A DNA stretch of 45,912 nt from Candidatus Methanoxibalbensis ujae (GCA_026134085.1 JAOQIN010000009.1:1-45912); one strand, 5' to 3'. Shown: positions 1 to 8,959, counted from the stretch's first letter. The notes: generated by a model not told the origin, from the letters alone. Translations and numbers: made by a program.

Positions 1-77
1 CCTTCTTCGTTGGTGAATCTTATATCCTCACCATTACTTTGAGCATGCGCAAAGTTGAAATTCGTGCTGTTGAGTTC
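1..77. repeat. Left copy of terminal inverted repeat (exact 77 bp, degenerate to about 125)
   Basis: 1-77 is the exact reverse complement of 45836-45912; similarity continues inward with scattered, largely third-position differences. Confidence 0.95.
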
Positions 78-209
78 AACGAGAACCTGATAGTCTGTCA
101 AATTATTTCCACTCCGCTCTGTGATATAGATCGAGCGATAATATTTGAAAGCTGGTGCTGCTCTTATCATAATAGATATTACACCAGATGCCGCATCCCC
201 CTCGCTCAT
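1..209 (-). CDS. DUF2341-domain virion/adhesin protein, 5' part (runs off left end)
   Basis: Manual translation MSEGDAASGVISIMIRAAPAFKYYRSIYITERSGNNLTDYQVLVELNSTNFNFAHAQSNGEDIRFTNEE; typical DUF2341 start (I.ITE.SG..L.DYQV.....F......G.DIRF); paralogue of 18282-19622 and 45629-45912. Confidence 0.8.
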   Translation of the reverse strand, partial: MSEGDAASGVISIMIRAAPAFKYYRSIYITERSGNNLTDYQVLVELNSTNFNFAHAQSNGEDIRFTNEE

Positions 210-319
210 ATTGTTAGATATTTTCCTAACAATATAAATAAATGTTGCGTAGGCAGGGGGCGGGGGTTTGGCAGGCGCTCCTCCCCCACCAACGATGATA
301 TGAGTGATATATTTATATA

Positions 320-523
320 ATGATTTTGGAATATTGTAACATGAGGATGAGAGAGATAGTTAGGGCGCGGGTCGCGGGGAACAGCATAGTGATAACCATA
401 CCGCGCAGCATTGTTGAAATGCTGAATGTGAGAAATGGGGACTTCTTTGAGATAGGTGTTGAAGGCAGAGAGATAAAGTTAAGGAGATTGCGGCTGATTA
501 CGGATACTGTGGAGGAGGGATAG
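320..523 (+). CDS. AbrB/MazE/SpoVT-family DNA-binding protein
   Basis: RVAGNSIVITIPRSIVEMLNVRNGDFFEI swapped-hairpin motif. Confidence 0.85.
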   Translation: MILEYCNMRMREIVRARVAGNSIVITIPRSIVEMLNVRNGDFFEIGVEGREIKLRRLRLITDTVEEG

Positions 524-529
524 AGGAGG

Positions 530-1459
530 ATGACTGTTGAATTATATGTCCCCGCGAGTATAATGAAAGACTACGTGGAAGAGGGCACAGTATTCAAATA
601 TTCAATGACATTAGATCATCACACAACAGTCAATCTTCCATCATTTTTATCCTTTAAATTACGTCTTGAGATTCAAAAAGCACTCAGTTCAAATGTTGAA
701 TTTGTTTATAAACCAAAAGAATATGTGCCGCTTAGGCAATCAACCCTGTTCATGGACGAGGAGGAGTTAGATATTCCATCTCTTAAAGGGCGTATAACAA
801 CTGTAAGAGTGGCTTCACGCTATGTGATAACTGATTTAATCATGAGATCTGTGTATAGAATAGCTGATTATCTGAAGAGCATAGGGCTTGAAAATTTATT
901 AAAGATGAGAGCCGAGAGATTGATGGAATACGGCAGCAAGGGATCTATTGAAGCTTCAAAAATTAAAAATATGTTCGGCGCTGTCAGATTTCCACTTGTA
1001 TCAGACACAAGAGTGATAAATATATTTCTACCTTACAGAGTTGCAGGATTATCATTCTTTGATCTGCCTGTCGTCTCACTCTCAAATTTTCTCGCATTCG
1101 CATTAGCTGAGCGCTTCAAAGATACTTTCTCACCTCTTGAGCAACTTAGCATTCAGAAGGCCATATCAACATTCTATGAGCAATTAACCAATACCTTACA
1201 AGAAGCTTCTATGATCGTAGAAGGTCCCACTAATCCTCAATCTCTGAAAGAGTTGATCATTAAATATGCGGAACAACATATTGAACTAACCCCCATAGAT
1301 CTGGGGACTGTTGCAAGACTCGCATGGTCCTATAAATTGATCGAAGGAGAGAGAGCGTATCCAGCAGTGTGGGATGTAGTTCAACAATTAACAGAAGAGG
1401 GCTTGCTTATATATAATAAGTCCCAGAACTTGTGGAGGTTCAAGAAAACTAAGCTGTGA
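530..1459 (+). CDS. Hypothetical protein, possible C-terminal winged helix
   Basis: 309-aa ORF with GAGGAGG RBS; C-terminal VVQQLTEEGLLIYN...WRF resembles a wHTH wing. Confidence 0.6.
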   Translation: MTVELYVPASIMKDYVEEGTVFKYSMTLDHHTTVNLPSFLSFKLRLEIQKALSSNVEFVYKPKEYVPLRQSTLFMDEEELDIPSLKGRITTVRVASRYVITDLIMRSVYRIADYLKSIGLENLLKMRAERLMEYGSKGSIEASKIKNMFGAVRFPLVSDTRVINIFLPYRVAGLSFFDLPVVSLSNFLAFALAERFKDTFSPLEQLSIQKAISTFYEQLTNTLQEASMIVEGPTNPQSLKELIIKYAEQHIELTPIDLGTVARLAWSYKLIEGERAYPAVWDVVQQLTEEGLLIYNKSQNLWRFKKTKL

Positions 1460-1520
1460 CATGATAGGAGGTATGGAGGTGGATAGGAGAGAGGAGAGAG
1501 GGCAGGATATGGTGGTAGAA

Positions 1521-2429
1521 ATGGAATTAAGGATATTAAATTGGAGATGCATAGCAGATGAAAAAATAGAATTAAGCAAAAAAATCAATATATTCTTTGG
1601 TAAAAATTCCACAGGGAAATCCAGCGTCGCTTATGCGATTTATATGCTCGGTCGTTTGCATGAAAAAGATCCAGAGAGTTTAGTAAGTTCTTTATTTGGG
1701 GAGAGATTGCAATCTCTTGTAAGAATTGAGAACGGAGATAGGAAGTATCCTTTAGAGCTTTCGTTGAAATCCGATGATAGGGAATCCTCTATAATTCTCG
1801 ATTCTGATGGACTGAAGGTGAAAAAGAAAGACCAAATTTGGAGCGAGACGTATATGGCAATAGCTGGAAGATACGGTTTACTACTAACCTACAGCGCATT
1901 GTCAGATTTTCTCAGTTCTGTTATGAAAGATGAAGTGTCAAAAGAAGAGAAGAAAAAGACCATCAAGCTTCTTTCAGCATTTTTATCAGCTATTAATCCA
2001 TCTCTCAGATCATCTCTTTTGGCTACTTATCCAATATCTGAGGTGAAAGATTCTCCATCAGGACTTGTGGATTACACAATCTTAAACCTAATGGTATCAA
2101 AAGCAAAAAATAATTCATTAATTGTGATAGAGGAACCTGAATCTCATAAAAATCCTGTAATGCAAATAGAGTTGATGAAGAATCTAATTAAAGCCGTGAA
2201 AGAGAAGAATTTGACATTAGTTCTTACCACTCACTCTGAGACAATAATACATACAGTTTTAAAGGAAATTGAAGAAGGGTATATAAGTTCCGATGATGTG
2301 AAGTTTCATCACTTCATCAGAAGTGAGCAAAAATCATGGACAGAGATAAAAGAGATAAATGTGCATGAAGATGGAAGCTTGGAAGAACCATTGGAGGATT
2401 TCATAGAAGCTTTCGTTGAGCTATTTTAA
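1521..2429 (+). CDS. ABC-type (AAA_15/AAA_21-like) ATPase
   Basis: Walker A GKNSTGKS, Walker B/D-loop LIVIEEPESH, H-loop VLTTHS, DUF3696-like tail (EINVHEDGSLEEP..DF); start may be upstream at 1461. Confidence 0.85.
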   Translation: MELRILNWRCIADEKIELSKKINIFFGKNSTGKSSVAYAIYMLGRLHEKDPESLVSSLFGERLQSLVRIENGDRKYPLELSLKSDDRESSIILDSDGLKVKKKDQIWSETYMAIAGRYGLLLTYSALSDFLSSVMKDEVSKEEKKKTIKLLSAFLSAINPSLRSSLLATYPISEVKDSPSGLVDYTILNLMVSKAKNNSLIVIEEPESHKNPVMQIELMKNLIKAVKEKNLTLVLTTHSETIIHTVLKEIEEGYISSDDVKFHHFIRSEQKSWTEIKEINVHEDGSLEEPLEDFIEAFVELF

Positions 2430-2490
2430 TTGGGTAATAGATGGATGGGCGAGTGTAGGCAGGTATTTATATAACTTACCTTATTCTACT

Positions 2491-3000
2491 ATGGGGGAGG
2501 GTTTGATGAAGCAGAGGGGGAAGCGGATATGCATTGCGTTGATACTGCTTTTAGGAGGCACAGCAACCTTTCCAGCGATTCAGTTTTTGAATTATACCAG
2601 TGTTTATGGAGTGGTTCAACCGTTGAACGCAAATGTATCTTACATAGAGTTACATCTTAGAGGATTACAAGGAGAGTATGAGTTTTCAGAGTGGTATGAA
2701 GAAGTGATCCGAACAGATGTTCCTTGCAATTTAACTGTGCACTTAGATGTTCTCTCCCTGAGTGATGCTGAAATTGATGCCTTAGGAAATCCACATCTCA
2801 CAGTGTATATTAGGAAGAACAACACTGTGTTCGGCATGCTCGGAGGAAATCTGAGCAGTTGGTATTCTCCTATCAATTTCACAGGTTCCTATCCCGTAGA
2901 TGCAGGGAATTATGACATAGGTATTGGTTTAATAGGTAAAACAGGTGTGCCCGTCAGTGAGGAGATAGACTTCAGAATGATCGTTGAACTTAAGGGGTGA
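2491..3000 (+). CDS. Membrane-anchored beta-rich protein (putative virion)
   Basis: N-terminal hydrophobic helix ICIALILLLGGTATF; TTTATATA box about 25 nt upstream. Confidence 0.6.
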   Translation: MGEGLMKQRGKRICIALILLLGGTATFPAIQFLNYTSVYGVVQPLNANVSYIELHLRGLQGEYEFSEWYEEVIRTDVPCNLTVHLDVLSLSDAEIDALGNPHLTVYIRKNNTVFGMLGGNLSSWYSPINFTGSYPVDAGNYDIGIGLIGKTGVPVSEEIDFRMIVELKG

Positions 3001-3001
3001 T

Positions 3002-3535
3002 ATGATTATGAGGATAGGAGATATAACAGTGGAAAAGTGTGATACAATCTTCAACCCCTCCTCCACTCCTGCATTAGAGGTGTGTGATACAATCTCCAAA
3101 CCCTCCATCCCTCCTGCATTAGAGGTTCAACCAGATGATCCCCTTGAATGCAAAATATATTTCAAGAATCATAAGCTACAAGAAGACACTTTAATTTATG
3201 TTGGGGTTGTTTTTGGCAAAGATAGTGGAGGATTCAACATTGCAACATACACAAAGAATTCAACAATATATGCATATGGGACGCATGGTGTCGGAAGAAC
3301 AAAAGCACAAGGAGAAGAAAATTCGCTCACAATCCTTACACGCGCACTATCCAGTGCGCACACCATCACATTAGATGCTTTTATTTTTGTAGGGCCAATC
3401 CCTGAAGAACGTTTTGATATTGATACAAGATATGGCCGTCAAATCGGTATAAATTATGAAGATCTTATGGCCTTTTTACCTACTATATATGACCATGCAA
3501 TATATGAGGAGGTTCTCACAATAATAATAGATTGA
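3002..3535 (+). CDS. Beta-rich putative virion protein, paralogue of 3565-4080
   Basis: EVQPDDPLECKIYFKN..L...T.IYVGVVFG aligns with ETEPGDIIEGKISYIN..L..GTEITIGYMFG. Confidence 0.6.
   Translation: MIMRIGDITVEKCDTIFNPSSTPALEVCDTISKPSIPPALEVQPDDPLECKIYFKNHKLQEDTLIYVGVVFGKDSGGFNIATYTKNSTIYAYGTHGVGRTKAQGEENSLTILTRALSSAHTITLDAFIFVGPIPEERFDIDTRYGRQIGINYEDLMAFLPTIYDHAIYEEVLTIIID
3037..3126 (+). repeat. 45-bp in-frame tandem duplication (2 copies)
   Basis: gtgtgatacaatct...ctcctgcattagaggt twice; encodes CDTIFNPSSTPALEV / CDTISKPSIPPALEV. Confidence 0.9.
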
Positions 3536-3564
3536 AAAAAGAAAGAAAAGGGGGCAGTCACAGA

Positions 3565-4080
3565 ATGGCTGAAAAAAACATAAAAGTTAGGAAAACAATA
3601 TTTCCTCAACTTGAAACTGAGCCAGGAGATATAATAGAAGGAAAAATATCATATATAAACAATAACCTACCATCAGGGACAGAAATAACGATTGGCTATA
3701 TGTTCGGCTATTATAAGGAGGAGGGATTTGTATTGCAAGCTTATCGCGCAGATTCCACTGTATATGTCTGGGGTGCCGTTAAGGATACAGGGTTACCATC
3801 ACCAGGTGAAGAATCGTCAATCACGATACCTTCCGCAGTTGTTATTGAACCATCAGAATCTAAAACATACGGCGTTTTTGTTTGTGTATCTCCTAAAACC
3901 TCCTTGATAACTCATACATGGACAATAGACAGTTCTACATATGTTGTAGGTATAGAAGAAAATTCTATGTATAACTGGATAGGTAATGTATATGATAGTG
4001 AAATATTTACGGATCAAATAACTGTGTCTCGCCCCGTGCCAGAAGTAGAAGTTACGGGATTTTCTATAACAAAGTCATAA
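3565..4080 (+). CDS. Beta-rich putative virion protein
   Basis: Paralogue of 3002-3535; C-terminal strand PEVEVTGFSITKS. Confidence 0.6.
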   Translation: MAEKNIKVRKTIFPQLETEPGDIIEGKISYINNNLPSGTEITIGYMFGYYKEEGFVLQAYRADSTVYVWGAVKDTGLPSPGEESSITIPSAVVIEPSESKTYGVFVCVSPKTSLITHTWTIDSSTYVVGIEENSMYNWIGNVYDSEIFTDQITVSRPVPEVEVTGFSITKS

Positions 4081-4096
4081 TATAGATAGGTGAAAG

Positions 4097-4258
4097 ATGC
4101 AAAAAGAGACGGTTGCGGGGGCGATTATTGTTGCAGGGATGAGCGCCTCATTGTTGTGGATAATCTCTGAACTAACAAAGGCAGGTTATGTTAGCGGTGA
4201 TAGAGAGGAGGGAATTCCTGTGGAGATTAAGAGGATTACCTTTTCCAAGCCCGACTGA
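4097..4258 (+). CDS. Small single-pass membrane protein (53 aa, not in ORF track)
   Basis: MQKETVAGAIIVAGMSASLLWIISELTKAGYVSGDREEGIPVEIKRITFSKPD; AGGTGA RBS. Confidence 0.6.
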   Translation: MQKETVAGAIIVAGMSASLLWIISELTKAGYVSGDREEGIPVEIKRITFSKPD

Positions 4259-4374
4259 GAAGTGATGCTTGCACTCTCTCTCCTCTCCCCCATCCATCCA
4301 TCAACATATTTATTTATTAAATTATTTATTAAAGAAAGAAAGAAAGAAAGAAGATGTGAAGCGGGATGGAGGTG

Positions 4375-4527
4375 ATGCGTGTGAGGGGGTTTGTATCTCT
4401 TCTTATACATGAAGACATCAAAGAGCGTCTCGTATCCCTCAAGGAGCGCAAGAATTTCGGCACGTATCGTGAGCTGTTTGAATATCTGCTGGATCTCGCT
4501 GATGGTGATCAGGATGACAGACGATGA
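4375..4527 (+). CDS. Ribbon-helix-helix DNA-binding protein (50 aa, not in ORF track)
   Basis: MRVRGFVSLLIHEDIKERLVSLKERKNFGTYRELFEYLLDLAD...; overlaps helicase start. Confidence 0.65.
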   Translation: MRVRGFVSLLIHEDIKERLVSLKERKNFGTYRELFEYLLDLADGDQDDRR

Positions 4528-6139
4528 CATATCTAAGATCAAGCAGGAGATTATTGCAGCATACAGCGATGAAGTTAGCGAAGAATATGAGGATAAAATA
4601 TTTCAATCATATCCTTTTGAGAGAGCGAGACTCCATCACAATAAAGCTATTTCAGAAATTCTCAGTTCTGATTTCAGCATACTCAGCGCGCCGACTGGCA
4701 CAGGAAAGACTGCTGTATATCTGACTGCTGCGTATGAAAGTGGCTTACCTTCAATTGTTATAGTCCCGCGCAACGGACTTCAGATACAGATCTCATCATA
4801 TGAGATGCCTTTTCTCTTAATTCCTCTGTTTGAGCGCTCAAAAGAGTGCAACAAGCGTGAGGGAGAGGTGTCTCCATGTGCAGCAAAATTTCGCAAGGAT
4901 GGTAGGTGGTATTTCCTCCTGAACGGGGAATATAAGGAATACCCTTGTGATGATTGTCCATATGAAAAGAAGAAGTATAAGATAAGCGAGCTTTTAAAAG
5001 ATGCAAATTGCTGTCCTATCCTCAATCAAGGAAACTTCTTCAGATTTTTACATGATGCTGAGTTTATAATAGTGGATGAGGCTGATGAAACCTTAAAATC
5101 CATACAATCTGCAATCTCTCACAAAATCTCTCACAAAATCTCTCACAGAGAGGAAGATGTTGATGTTGTGCTTGATATAATTTACAATGAAACACGTGAG
5201 GAATGTGAGCATCTGATCTCTCTAATGGAGGAAGAGAGAGATTCTGACACATTAGTCAAGTTGAACGCAAAGTTGAATAAATTGACCAGAAAGCTTAGAA
5301 AGATTGAATTTTTCACAAGATATTACGAAAGTTGTGGTAATTTAATAACATATATCAGAGGAAATAGAACATATGTAGAGATTTTTGAAGATCCTATTGA
5401 GACAGCACGGAGAATTTTTGCAGGTAAAAAGGTGTGTCTCGTTAGCGCTACATTGAAGAGTGAGCATGCAAAAGAGGTATATTTTGAGCATCCGTTCAGG
5501 CAGCGTGTAATATCTGCCAAAATTGCAAATTTAAGCATGAGATCTGTTTCAAAAGATAATAATGTGCTGAAGAAAGCTGCATCCTTTATAGAAGAGATCT
5601 GCGATTTTGTTTCAAATTTAACATCTGTTAGAGTAATAATTCATGCAGGTAATCTACACACACATGGCAAATACATATATGATATGTTGAAAGATCGCAA
5701 AGCCATCTTAATGGAGCGAGGTAAGCAGACAGAAGCAATCACAAAATTTTTGAAAGGGGATTATGATATTTTGATAGGAGTGGCAATGGAACATGGATAT
5801 GATTTATCTGAAGTCGCACTACAATTTGTGCTTAAAGTGCCATATTCTGATTTGAAAGATCCACGAATTGCTGCGATAAAGAAAAAATTGAAAAACTTTG
5901 ATGAATGGTATTGCCTTGATGCTTTACATAGATTAATACAAGCTTGTGGTCGTAATGCGAGATCTCCTAATGATTTTGCCATCACTATAATTGTTGATGA
6001 GTGTTTTGAACGACTATACAAACAATTTGAACACAAGATACCTGAGTGGTTTAAGAAGCGTGTTGTCTCAGTTGAGAGAGGTGATGATAATGACAAGATA
6101 TGGGAGTGGTGTTATCCCACTGAGGAAAATAACAGTTGA
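4514..6139 (+). CDS. SF2 helicase, XPD/Rad3/DinG family with Fe-S cysteines
   Basis: Motif I APTGTGKT, Cys cluster after motif Ia, motif II IIVDEADE, SAT, motif VI QACGRNARSPND..ITIIVD; start placed after GGTGAT RBS. Confidence 0.9.
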   Translation: MTDDDISKIKQEIIAAYSDEVSEEYEDKIFQSYPFERARLHHNKAISEILSSDFSILSAPTGTGKTAVYLTAAYESGLPSIVIVPRNGLQIQISSYEMPFLLIPLFERSKECNKREGEVSPCAAKFRKDGRWYFLLNGEYKEYPCDDCPYEKKKYKISELLKDANCCPILNQGNFFRFLHDAEFIIVDEADETLKSIQSAISHKISHKISHREEDVDVVLDIIYNETREECEHLISLMEEERDSDTLVKLNAKLNKLTRKLRKIEFFTRYYESCGNLITYIRGNRTYVEIFEDPIETARRIFAGKKVCLVSATLKSEHAKEVYFEHPFRQRVISAKIANLSMRSVSKDNNVLKKAASFIEEICDFVSNLTSVRVIIHAGNLHTHGKYIYDMLKDRKAILMERGKQTEAITKFLKGDYDILIGVAMEHGYDLSEVALQFVLKVPYSDLKDPRIAAIKKKLKNFDEWYCLDALHRLIQACGRNARSPNDFAITIIVDECFERLYKQFEHKIPEWFKKRVVSVERGDDNDKIWEWCYPTEENNS

Positions 6140-7100
6140 AGAAGTATGGGGGCGCCCACCTACGGAGGAGGAGTGGTCGTATTTGTATAAAAGAGTGGAT
6201 TATCTCAATTTTCTCATAGGTATTTATGATACAGAACTTCAATGTCAAGATCACCTTAAAAGATATTCTCGCCTCTTCAGATACGGCGATGAGAGAATGT
6301 ATGCCCCCTTTCTGTATTATAGAGTGCTCCCAAACGAGCTTGTATTTGATATAGATTGTAACTCCGATGATGATTGGGACTCTGTTAAGTCATTGAAGAT
6401 CGCAAAGTCTATCTTAGAGTCATGGAAGGTTGCAAAGTCTATCTTAAAAACATTATCAATTTTTAGAATAAAACCAGTCATGGGATTTAGTGGCAGGAGA
6501 GGTTACCACATACACGCTTTTTTCAGTGTTGAAAATGCAAATGTAAAGGAGTTTGCTCATTCAAAAGAGGTGGATAAACTACGCAATTACTTATTTGATA
6601 AAATATTAAATCTGACAAAGGAGAGAGACCATATAGATACATCTGTCGTGAAAACTAAACATACAATAAGATGCTTTTACTCCATGCACCCAGACACCAT
6701 GAATTGGAAAATTCTTAATCCAATTATTCTTAATACAAAACCCTCTGTGACAATATTTAGCAGGAGCTTTCTTCGTCGTTTATATGAAGAAATGAAGCGT
6801 AGAGAGGAGCATGAGTTGGCTGTTGAGAATGCGTTGCGTGATGATGTTGATGAAGTCAGGTTTGGTAGTGATGACGAAATCCTTAAAAATATTTTACCTC
6901 TTTTAAAATACAAGGATCGTGGCAGATATATTCAAGTGCAGTGCCCGTTCCATCCTCCTGATAATAACCCCTCACTAACAATATTTAAACCTTCAAGCAA
7001 ATATCCTTTCTACCTCGTGGTAGATTGGCACACAGGTGAAAAGATGAGCCTCAGAAAATTTGCATCACTTCTTGACAGACTTCTTGACCACAATCACTAA
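6090..7100 (+). CDS. Archaeo-eukaryotic primase (AEP) with C-terminal Zn-binding domain
   Basis: ELVFDID, SGRRGYHIH, HID..V....HTIR, C-terminal CPFH.PDNNPSL. Confidence 0.85.
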   Translation: MTRYGSGVIPLRKITVEEVWGRPPTEEEWSYLYKRVDYLNFLIGIYDTELQCQDHLKRYSRLFRYGDERMYAPFLYYRVLPNELVFDIDCNSDDDWDSVKSLKIAKSILESWKVAKSILKTLSIFRIKPVMGFSGRRGYHIHAFFSVENANVKEFAHSKEVDKLRNYLFDKILNLTKERDHIDTSVVKTKHTIRCFYSMHPDTMNWKILNPIILNTKPSVTIFSRSFLRRLYEEMKRREEHELAVENALRDDVDEVRFGSDDEILKNILPLLKYKDRGRYIQVQCPFHPPDNNPSLTIFKPSSKYPFYLVVDWHTGEKMSLRKFASLLDRLLDHNH

Positions 7101-7903
7101 GGTTCCCCAGGATAAATAAAGATACCTGAGGTCTCATTTGAATCATATTCTTTTATTACGAAATGATATGAAAACATGTAATAACCTTCCATAACCCCTT
7201 TAATATAGAACTCTTGCATATCTTTTGTGAAATCTCCATCTTCAGCGCTGAGCGTTTGTGTCATTCCCCTTCCAGCAGGTATATCGTAAGAAACAGTATC
7301 TATTACTAAGTTACTCTCTCCATCTACTAACGTAATTGTGCAATACTTAGAGGAAGGAGTGCCCGTCCCTCTATATTCTAAGGATACTGTAAAGTCCACA
7401 TCAAAACCTTCGTTCAGCTTCCATCTGTATGGGACTTTAGTAAACCAGAGGGGTATGAGTAAATATCCTTCAACAGCGTCTATTCTGTAGATTCGATGCC
7501 ACAGATAACATGTGAATTGGGATTCAGTGTCTGATGTGTATATACCAGCACCATAACACATGTCCCAATAATTACGGGTAGAATCCCCCCATGTTCTTTC
7601 AATTTCTACTATTTTTGCATCTTGATCGGTTGCATCATATTTTTCAACTTTTTCTATCCGCGGCTCAGTCACTCCTTCTGGAGCAGACCATATTCCGACA
7701 AAATTGTAACTTTCAGGCGCTGCCCAGTTTTTCGCGCATGCCTTGAATGTAAAGTATTGCGTTGATTGATCTGGCAGATAAATAGGAGTAACAACTGCAT
7801 AGTTGTATGAGCCTATCTGTATGCAGTTATGTAGAAAGTTACTACCTTGCCCATATGCATGCTCTGGTTTAACAGTTATAGATTTCACAGATGATTTTGT
7901 CAT
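7097..7903 (-). CDS. Beta-rich putative virion accessory protein
   Basis: N-terminus MTKSSVKSITVKP nearly identical to that of 8448-8783. Confidence 0.6.
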   Translation of the reverse strand: MTKSSVKSITVKPEHAYGQGSNFLHNCIQIGSYNYAVVTPIYLPDQSTQYFTFKACAKNWAAPESYNFVGIWSAPEGVTEPRIEKVEKYDATDQDAKIVEIERTWGDSTRNYWDMCYGAGIYTSDTESQFTCYLWHRIYRIDAVEGYLLIPLWFTKVPYRWKLNEGFDVDFTVSLEYRGTGTPSSKYCTITLVDGESNLVIDTVSYDIPAGRGMTQTLSAEDGDFTKDMQEFYIKGVMEGYYMFSYHFVIKEYDSNETSGIFIYPGEP

Positions 7904-7912
7904 GGGTGATAA

Positions 7913-8065
7913 TCATCTCCTATCTGTTGTTTCAGGAATTTTATACTCCTCTCTACCACCATACAAAATTTCTACTTTTTCTATACTTGTAGAACATGGA
8001 ACAATATAAACTGGATATTCTCTCTCTCTAGGTTCCTCTTCAGACAATGTAAGTTTAAGTTTCAT
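7913..8065 (-). CDS. Small hypothetical protein (50 aa, not in ORF track)
   Basis: MKLKLTLSEEEPREREYPVYIVPCSTSIEKVEILYGG...; GAGGTGA RBS; fills operon gap. Confidence 0.5.
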   Translation of the reverse strand: MKLKLTLSEEEPREREYPVYIVPCSTSIEKVEILYGGREEYKIPETTDRR

Positions 8066-8078
8066 CAGTCATCACCTC

Positions 8079-8441
8079 TCACAATTGATCCTGAGTATAT
8101 GCTCTAAATTGAAATATAGTCACCTCATCCACAGAAGGAAGTGTGCTTGTTATTGTGTAGTTACCGTTCGCATCCGTCAGCGCATTTCCCATTAACTCTC
8201 CAGTTGTCTCATTCTTTATATATATGCGCTCCCCGCTCACACCTCGCCCATTCTCAGTCAATCTGCCACTGAATGTTACAGTCTCGCCCGAGACACATGA
8301 ACCATCGCATGACACATTAAGTGTAAGAAATCGCCCACCTGCCGCAGCAGCTGCCGCTTCTCTGAAGTAGATTGCCGCTGCAACCCCCACACCTACTGCT
8401 GCGGCTACCCCCAATATTATTGTTTCTTTCTTCATTTTCAT
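8079..8441 (-). CDS. Membrane-anchored Ig-like protein
   Basis: N-terminal TM; VTFSGRL...GVSG...TDANGNYT; paralogue of 33278-33688. Confidence 0.7.
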   Translation of the reverse strand: MKMKKETIILGVAAAVGVGVAAAIYFREAAAAAAGGRFLTLNVSCDGSCVSGETVTFSGRLTENGRGVSGERIYIKNETTGELMGNALTDANGNYTITSTLPSVDEVTIFQFRAYTQDQL

Positions 8442-8447
8442 TTTTTA

Positions 8448-8783
8448 TCACGGTTTTTGATCAGCAGAGTATGCTCTGAAATACAGTTCTGTTGATGTAG
8501 TTACACTTGGCGCAGTATAAGACACTGTAAACTTACCTGTTGAATCGGTAGTGTCGGAGGTTTCTGTTGTCAAGTCAGGATTGCCACTTACATCTGTCTG
8601 ATATACATACACCGTCTTGTTTGCCATAGGTTCATCATCTTTTTTATAATATCCCACGATATAAAATACTTTGTTTTCTTCTATCGTGGTTATGGTGTTA
8701 CCAGCAGCATCTTCAAAGTGATCAATCGTTAATGACTCCTCCGCAGGTTCAACCGTAATTGACTTAATCCCTGATTTAGTCAT
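8448..8783 (-). CDS. Ig-like virion accessory protein
   Basis: HFEDAAGNTIT.IEE...FYIVG...TD..G...LYFRAY; paralogue of 33722-34063. Confidence 0.7.
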   Translation of the reverse strand: MTKSGIKSITVEPAEESLTIDHFEDAAGNTITTIEENKVFYIVGYYKKDDEPMANKTVYVYQTDVSGNPDLTTETSDTTDSTGKFTVSYTAPSVTTSTELYFRAYSADQKP

Positions 8784-8784
8784 C

Positions 8785-8891
8785 TACCTCCACCTGATCT
8801 TCATCTGCATCTGTCAGATATACATACACCGTCTTTCAATATAAATACATCGCGCCGCTACGACAGACAGAGCACCGACAACGAGCGGCAT
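8785..8891 (-). pseudogene. Deleted/frameshifted remnant of a TM-Ig paralogue
   Basis: 8808-8835 matches 8591-8618 at 27/28 nt (KTVYVY.TD); upstream LVVGALSVVAA / AMYLY resembles the TM of 33278-33688. Confidence 0.55.
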
Positions 8892-8959
8892 AATATAAAT
8901 AACCATTCGTTTTTAAAAAAAGCGAAAAATATTTTAAAATAGATTTTGTATGCATTCAC

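Noticed and set aside
39..320. ORF-track 93-aa plus-strand ORF (likewise 45532-45774 minus)
   Set aside because: Antisense shadows of the truncated DUF2341 genes
4391..4513. N-terminal extension of the helicase
   Set aside because: Occupied by the RHH gene in another frame; RBS supports start at 4514
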